Shown: piece by piece, positions 28,619-33,945 of the stretch
Layout of the letters: every line of letters starts with the position of its first letter
Numbering within the stretch: position 1 is the stretch's first letter
Assembly (NCBI GenBank): GCA_040752415.1
Contig: JBFMGU010000110.1
Location: forward strand, 1-33,945
Reading direction: 5' to 3'
DNA length: 33,945 bases
Source: Myxococcota bacterium
GTDB lineage: Bacteria > Myxococcota > JACRCW01
Made by a program: the position numbers and the translations under genes
Notes under the pieces: generated by a model
The model's database searches: none
What the model saw: the letters and a program-made list of their open reading frames with translations, nothing else
What the model was told of the DNA's origin: nothing

Positions 28619-29725
28619 TCACCCGATGACGGGAAGCGCGTTCCGCCCACGCTCCGAGAGCGGAGGACGTGGCCGCTTGGGCTGGGGATTGCCCTCCACC
28701 AACGCCTTCACGTGCGACGGAGCCGTGCTGCTCTCCGTGATGCCCACCGGCCTCAGGCCCTGCTTCTCAATGGCGTCGATATCGCGCTCCACGCCGCGGC
28801 CCTTCGTCGTCAGGTAGTTGCCCACCATGGTGCCGTTGGCGCCGGCCAGGAAGATCTCGTCAAGACGCTCGCCCAGGTTCACCTCACGGCCACCACACAC
28901 GAAGATCTCCTTCGTCGGGAGCATGAGCCGCGCCACGGCGATGAGCGCGAGGCAGTCCTCCGCGGTGAGGTCGTGCCGCTCCGCCAAGGGCGTGCCGGGA
29001 CGGGGGTTGAGGAAGTTCAGCGGGATGCTGTCCACGTCGAGGTCACGCAGCGCCTGGAGCAGCTCGATGCGCTGGTCACGGTCCTCACCCATGCCAAAGA
29101 TGCCCGCGCTGCACACGTGCAGACCGGCCGCCTTGGCGTTCTTCACGGCCTGCACCTCGTCCTCGTAAGTGTGCGTGGTGACGACGTTGGCGTGATGCGA
29201 GCGCGCCGTCTCCAGGTTGTGATGCACCGCCTGCAGGCCCGCCGCCTTGAGACGCAGCAGGCTCTCGCTGCTCTGCAACCCCAGCGACGCGCAGCGCATG
29301 AGGCTGGTCTTCTCGCGGATCAGGTTGAGCGCCTTCTCCACCTCCACCAGCTCCTTCTCACGCGTCATGGCGCGCCCGCTGGCGACGATGGAGAACTCCC
29401 CCGCGCCCGCCTCCCACGCCGCCACTGCCTCCTTGGCGATCGTGTCCGCGTCCTTGAGCGCGTACTCGGGCGCATCCGTCTCGTACCGCACCGACTGGCT
29501 GCAGAACCCGCAGTCCTCCGGGCACCGGCCGCTCTTGGCGTTGGTGATGGCGCACAGGCGGACTTCCTGGCCCTTGTAGTGCTCACGCGTGCGGTTGGCG
29601 CGGTCGATCAGTTTCTGCAGCGCTTCGCCGCGCGCCTCAAGCAGGCTCCGCGCTTCCGCGACGGGAATGCCGCGCTCGTCGGGAATGTCGGCGGGACGGG
29701 GAGTGGTGACGGTCTGCTGGGTCAT
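28619..29725 (-). CDS. bioB: Biotin synthase (radical SAM)
   Basis: NAKSGRCPEDCGFCSQS (CxxxCxxC), HNLET, CSAGIFGMGE, IPLNFLNPRPGT, GNYLTT; ATG at 29725. Confidence 0.96.
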   Translation of the reverse strand: MTQQTVTTPRPADIPDERGIPVAEARSLLEARGEALQKLIDRANRTREHYKGQEVRLCAITNAKSGRCPEDCGFCSQSVRYETDAPEYALKDADTIAKEAVAAWEAGAGEFSIVASGRAMTREKELVEVEKALNLIREKTSLMRCASLGLQSSESLLRLKAAGLQAVHHNLETARSHHANVVTTHTYEDEVQAVKNAKAAGLHVCSAGIFGMGEDRDQRIELLQALRDLDVDSIPLNFLNPRPGTPLAERHDLTAEDCLALIAVARLMLPTKEIFVCGGREVNLGERLDEIFLAGANGTMVGNYLTTKGRGVERDIDAIEKQGLRPVGITESSTAPSHVKALVEGNPQPKRPRPPLSERGRNALPVIG

Positions 29726-29774
29726 GACGCTCTCCGGGACAACGGGGCGCGCACCTTGGAACGACGCCAGCAAC

Positions 29775-29808
29775 GCTGTCAACCGCCACCTGTCACAGGG
29801 TTGACGGC
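29775..29808. promoter_or_regulatory. BirA-type biotin operator overlapping a candidate bioB -35 box
   Basis: GCTGTCAACC-N14-GGTTGACGGC palindrome about 50 nt upstream of bioB; the minus-strand half-site contains TTGACA. Confidence 0.75.
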
Positions 29809-30048
29809 CGACGACACTCACGCCCGGCGCCACGGAAGGGATCAGCAACCTGGCGGTGACGCAGGCAGCAGCACGGAGCGCCTGTGGTTACATCTGCAAG
29901 CGCGGAAAGGCGCACGGTTCCCTGCCGTTCACGCGTCCCCACGCACCCCGTCATGGACCAGTCACCCGTCGGAAGGCTCGGCCGGTGCGCGTCGGCATGC
30001 CCATCCACGACGAGGGTGACGCTGTCCTGTTGTTCCCGGAGGTCCGTC

Positions 30049-32145
30049 ATGCCCGCTGCCCGCGCGGGGGTCCTGTTGGCCACGCTGTTCATGCTGCTGG
30101 GGCCAGTCACGGCGCGCGCCCAGGCTGGGACGTGCGTGGAGTCACAGCTGTGTGGACGGTTCCAGCTCTCGCTGGGGGGCACCGCGTCGGGGATGTCGGA
30201 GGAGTTCAGCGCCGTCGTGGGGCTCCCGGATGGCGGGTACATCCTGGCCGGTCGCGCCGACGCGTGGGGCGCCGAGGGCGACGGCCTCATTGTCCGCCTC
30301 AATCCGTGCGGGGACATCCTCTGGGTGCGCACCTATGGTGGCCCGGGGCTGGACCAGTTCCTCGCCGTCACGCAGGTCCCCGACGGGGGATTCGTGGTGG
30401 CGGGGGAAACGCAGAGCGTGAACCTGGCCGGCGACGCGTGGGTCATGAAGATCAACGCGGAAGGCATCATGCAATGGAGCCAGGTGATCGGCGGGCCGGA
30501 CCAGGACTTCGCGCAGTCCGTTTCCGCCACCTCCGACGGTGGATTCGTCGTTGCCGCCAAGACCTACTCCTACGGCCCCAACACGCCCACCTGGCACAAC
30601 GGCCTCGTCTTCAAGCTGGACACCAACGGCGCGGTGCAATGGTCCCGCATGTTCGGCGCCAACGACGGCAGCATGGACGTGGTGCAGATCCGCGAGGTGC
30701 GCGACGTCAACGGCGCGTGGGATGGCTTCCTCTTCGTCGGCGGCGCGGAAGGTTTTGGCGCCGGCAAGGATGATGCGTGGATTGGCCGGCTCAACCCGGA
30801 TGGGACGCACCGCTGGTCCAAGGCGTACGGGCGCGGCAGTGACGACGACGCGATCTCCTTTGTGCAGACCCCCGCCGGCGGTTTCATGGTAGCCGGGACC
30901 ACGCGCCGCAAGGCCGACGACGGCACGCACTTCGAGGCGGTGGGACGTGATGTCTACCTGCTGGAGCTGGACATCAACGGCGCGCTGGGCTCGTTCCGTC
31001 GCTTCAACGGTGATGCGGAGAAGGACGACGAGTCCGTCAACATCGCGGCCACTCCTTCGGGTGCGGTGATCATCGGCAAGACCGGGAGCTGGGGTGCCAG
31101 CGACCGGGATGGTTTTGCGCTGCACGTTGCCAGCGGCGGCGCGGTCATCTCCGGACACGTCTTTGGCGGCACGCAGGATGACTACACCACGGCCGTCGAC
31201 GTCACCGCGGAGGGTGGTTTTGCGCTCGCGGGTCGGAGGGCCAGCGGCGCGCTGGGTGGCGCTGACGCGTGGTTCCTCCGCCTTGGTCCCGACGGGGCCA
31301 GCGGCTGTGGCGACATTGCGTTCAGTCCTACGTCGGTGGAGTACGCGCCCGCGTACGAGGAATTCACGCCCGTCATGCAGGACGTGGGTGACGTGGTTCC
31401 ATTCCAGGTGGTGCAGTCCACCCGCAGCGTCGACGGGTTCGTGAACAACCTCTGCCCGTGCCAGGAGTGGCTGGACGCCGGCCCCACGCCGGAATGCACC
31501 GCGCCCAGCGACTGTGACGACATCTTCGAGGATGGTGTGTGCCAACCCGACGAGACCGGGCAGTGGGCGTGCGAGGACGGGCTGTGTCGCTGGGATTGTC
31601 GACGCATCGTGGAGCCGCCGGACGCGGGCCCGGGTGACGTCGGGAATCCCAAGGACGGCGGAAGCACTTCGGGGTCCTGGGACGCGGGAACCCCGGATGA
31701 CCGCGGTCGCCACGACGGTGCCGGCGCGTCATCGAGCGGCGCGAGCAGCTCCTCCGCGTCCAGCAGCAGCGGCGGTGCGAGCTCGTCGTCATCCAGTTCC
31801 TCGCTCGGCCTGACCAGCAGCAGCAGTTCCGCCGGCGGCACCAGTGGTACGGCCAACACCGGCACCAGCAACACCAGCAGCAGCAACGGCGGCGTCACGG
31901 GCACCAGCAGCTCGTCGTCGTCAACTGGCGGCGTGGAGGATGGCGGGGACGGGATGGACGTCAACCAGCCGCCCACCCACGACGCGGGCAGCACTTCCAA
32001 CAGCGGGGGCTCCGGGGGGGGACCGGGTCCTGGGCCCAACGGTCCGTTCGGCGGCTGCAACTGCAGCACCACCGACGGGACCATGGGAGCCGCGATGTTC
32101 GCCATCCTCCTGGTCCTCCGTCGACGGCGTCCGCACCGTCCGTGA
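30049..32145 (+). CDS. Secreted beta-propeller-repeat surface protein with Cys-rich module, Ser/Gly linker and MYXO-CTERM-like sorting signal
   Basis: GGAGG RBS; signal peptide ending ARA-Q; about 7 repeats of W.RTYGG...D....V..T.DGGFVVAG.T.S....DAWV.K; C-terminal GGCNCSTT-hydrophobic-RRRR. Confidence 0.88.
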   Translation: MPAARAGVLLATLFMLLGPVTARAQAGTCVESQLCGRFQLSLGGTASGMSEEFSAVVGLPDGGYILAGRADAWGAEGDGLIVRLNPCGDILWVRTYGGPGLDQFLAVTQVPDGGFVVAGETQSVNLAGDAWVMKINAEGIMQWSQVIGGPDQDFAQSVSATSDGGFVVAAKTYSYGPNTPTWHNGLVFKLDTNGAVQWSRMFGANDGSMDVVQIREVRDVNGAWDGFLFVGGAEGFGAGKDDAWIGRLNPDGTHRWSKAYGRGSDDDAISFVQTPAGGFMVAGTTRRKADDGTHFEAVGRDVYLLELDINGALGSFRRFNGDAEKDDESVNIAATPSGAVIIGKTGSWGASDRDGFALHVASGGAVISGHVFGGTQDDYTTAVDVTAEGGFALAGRRASGALGGADAWFLRLGPDGASGCGDIAFSPTSVEYAPAYEEFTPVMQDVGDVVPFQVVQSTRSVDGFVNNLCPCQEWLDAGPTPECTAPSDCDDIFEDGVCQPDETGQWACEDGLCRWDCRRIVEPPDAGPGDVGNPKDGGSTSGSWDAGTPDDRGRHDGAGASSSGASSSSASSSSGGASSSSSSSSLGLTSSSSSAGGTSGTANTGTSNTSSSNGGVTGTSSSSSSTGGVEDGGDGMDVNQPPTHDAGSTSNSGGSGGGPGPGPNGPFGGCNCSTTDGTMGAAMFAILLVLRRRRPHRP
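31729..31923 (+). repeat. Low-complexity Ser/Gly/Thr linker (AGC/TCG-rich)
   Basis: Encodes SSSGASSSSASSSSGGASSSSSSSSLGLTSSSSS...GTSSSSSS within the surface protein. Confidence 0.7.
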
Positions 32146-32169
32146 CGTCGCGTTTCCCTGGAGAATGGA

Positions 32170-33945
32170 ATGAAGCTCATGCTTCGCGCGGCCATCGCGC
32201 TGACATCCCTGCTCGTTCCCGCGCTTTCCCACGCCCAGACCACCACGTGCTCCCTGACGCAGGTCTGCAACCGCTTCCAGGTGGCGTGGGGTGGCGCCGG
32301 CGCGGAGTACATGTACGCCGTCGACGCGCTCAGCGATGGTGGATTCGTCATGGCGGGCGTCTCGCAGTCCTGGGACCCGCTCGGTGATGCGTCGCTGGTG
32401 CGCGTGAGCAGCTGTGGTGAGGTGCGCTGGGCCCGCATCTACGGTGGCCCGTGGTTGGACATGTTCAACGCGGTGCTCGTCACGCCGGATGGGGGCCTGG
32501 TGGCCATTGGCGAAGCGGGCATTTCCGCCACCAACACCGACGCCTGGGTTCTCAAGCTGGACGCCGAGGGCAACGTGGAATGGAGCTACGTGCACGGCGG
32601 GGAGCACCAGGAATTCGCCAAGTCGATCATGCCCACCGCCGACGGTGGCTACATCGTTGCCGCGCGCACGCATTCCCACGGACCCGGTGCCCCGGAGCTG
32701 CACGCCAACATGGTGTTCAAGCTCACTGGCAACGGGCAGCTGGAATGGTCGCGCGTGTTCGGCTCACCCGACGGAAACATGGACCCTGGCCAGGTGCGAG
32801 AGGTTCGCAACGCCGCGGGCCAGTGGGATGGCTACCTCGTCATGGGCGACAGCGAGGCCGGCATCTTCGGTGAGACCGACGACATCTGGCTCATGCGCCT
32901 GGCCCCCGACGGCACGCACCTGTGGTCCAAGCTGTACGGCGGCCAGAACGACGACGATCCCCAGGGCTACATCCAGCTCCCCGACGGGACATTCATGTTC
33001 ACCGGCGAGACGCGTGGCTTTGGCAACACCGGCGACGGCAATGACGTCTGGGTCCTGAAGACCGACGTCGAGGGCAACATGCTGTGGCTCAAGCGCTACG
33101 GGAAGGACAAGGGGGACGATCCCTCCGCCATCGCTTGGACCGGAAGTTACGTCGTCATTGCGGGGCGCACGGCCTCATGGACCCACGGTGGCCTCGACGC
33201 GTTCGCGCTCAAGATCGACACCGAGGGCGCCTTGCTGGGCATCGACATCTACGGCGGTGCGTCGGATGACTTTGCCTTCGCGGTGACGCCCACGTGGGAG
33301 GGCGGGTTTGCGTTGGCGGGACGGACGTGGAGCTACGACTCCGCCGGCTCCGACGGGTGGCTCATCCGCGCCGGCGCCGACGGGAAGTGCGGCTGCGACG
33401 AAAAGAGCGTCATCACCACGCCCAAGGACCACACGCCGGGCATGGCCGAGTACACGCCGGTGATCCTGGAGGTGGGGCAGGGCGGGCTCTCCAACGTGAC
33501 CATGAACGACGTCACCGCGCAGAGCGCGCAGCCTGGCGTGTGCGCCTGCAACAGCACCGTGGAATGGAACGCGTGCATGCGCGCCGAGGACTGCGAAGGC
33601 CGTCCCTCGGGCGACTGCGACGGCGGGACGGGCACGTGGAGCTGCGTGGCCAACTCCTGCGCCTGGGCCTGTGATCCTCCGCCGCCTCCGGATGCCGGCT
33701 CGCCGCCCGACGCCAACACGCCCCCTGACGCAAGCGGGAACGACGACGACGCGGGCGACAAGGACGCGGGCAACGGACCCGTCGACAGCGGCCCGCTCAT
33801 TCCCGATTCTGGTGGCGGGCGTGATGCCGGACCGGGTGATGCAGGGGATGACCGTGATGCGCGACCCCCGGCGGATGGTTCCGAGGACAACGTCATTCCG
33901 GACGGCCACGTGCCCGACGCGGAACGGCCCGACACCGACCGGCGT
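32170..33945 (+). CDS. Paralogous secreted beta-propeller-repeat protein, 3'-truncated by the window end
   Basis: Read by hand: MKLMLRAAIALTSLLVPALSHAQTTTCSLTQVCNRFQVAWGG..., open for 592 codons to the window end; same repeats, QVREVRNAAGQWDGY insert, Cys module and PDAG-type linker as the upstream gene. Not in the ORF track because no stop is reached. Confidence 0.88.
   Translation, partial: MKLMLRAAIALTSLLVPALSHAQTTTCSLTQVCNRFQVAWGGAGAEYMYAVDALSDGGFVMAGVSQSWDPLGDASLVRVSSCGEVRWARIYGGPWLDMFNAVLVTPDGGLVAIGEAGISATNTDAWVLKLDAEGNVEWSYVHGGEHQEFAKSIMPTADGGYIVAARTHSHGPGAPELHANMVFKLTGNGQLEWSRVFGSPDGNMDPGQVREVRNAAGQWDGYLVMGDSEAGIFGETDDIWLMRLAPDGTHLWSKLYGGQNDDDPQGYIQLPDGTFMFTGETRGFGNTGDGNDVWVLKTDVEGNMLWLKRYGKDKGDDPSAIAWTGSYVVIAGRTASWTHGGLDAFALKIDTEGALLGIDIYGGASDDFAFAVTPTWEGGFALAGRTWSYDSAGSDGWLIRAGADGKCGCDEKSVITTPKDHTPGMAEYTPVILEVGQGGLSNVTMNDVTAQSAQPGVCACNSTVEWNACMRAEDCEGRPSGDCDGGTGTWSCVANSCAWACDPPPPPDAGSPPDANTPPDASGNDDDAGDKDAGNGPVDSGPLIPDSGGGRDAGPGDAGDDRDARPPADGSEDNVIPDGHVPDAERPDTDRR

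Noticed and set aside
31729..31923. AGC/TCG runs as a CRISPR array or contingency microsatellite
   Set aside because: Imperfect in-frame Ser codons of a protein linker, with no repeat-spacer structure.

Overview
High-GC (roughly 70%) chromosomal segment, most likely from a member of Myxococcota (MglA/SofG-type GTPase, AgmK/GltI-like giant TPR protein, MYXO-CTERM surface protein). Left to right: murI; a Ser/Thr kinase with two zinc ribbons; a sensor-less histidine kinase; a ~4140-aa TPR protein; a lipoprotein parvulin foldase; a probable operon sofG-like GTPase / PocR-domain histidine kinase / thiL; a degenerate PhoR-like HAMP sensor followed by an uncharacterised membrane protein; a thioredoxin-fold gene; a small hypothetical; bioBFAD with a BirA-type operator; and two tandem secreted beta-propeller paralogues (the second runs off the window and is absent from the ORF track). 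The best finding is that the two ORFs at 24272-24661 and 24680-25066 are one exported TlpA-like redoxin. An in-frame UGA sits at the first Cys of its CxxC motif (W-Y-E-Y-U-P-V-C) and is followed by a SECIS-like hairpin, making it a probable selenoprotein. No rRNA, tRNA, CRISPR array or mobile element was recognised. Start codons were chosen by eye and no database searches were run.
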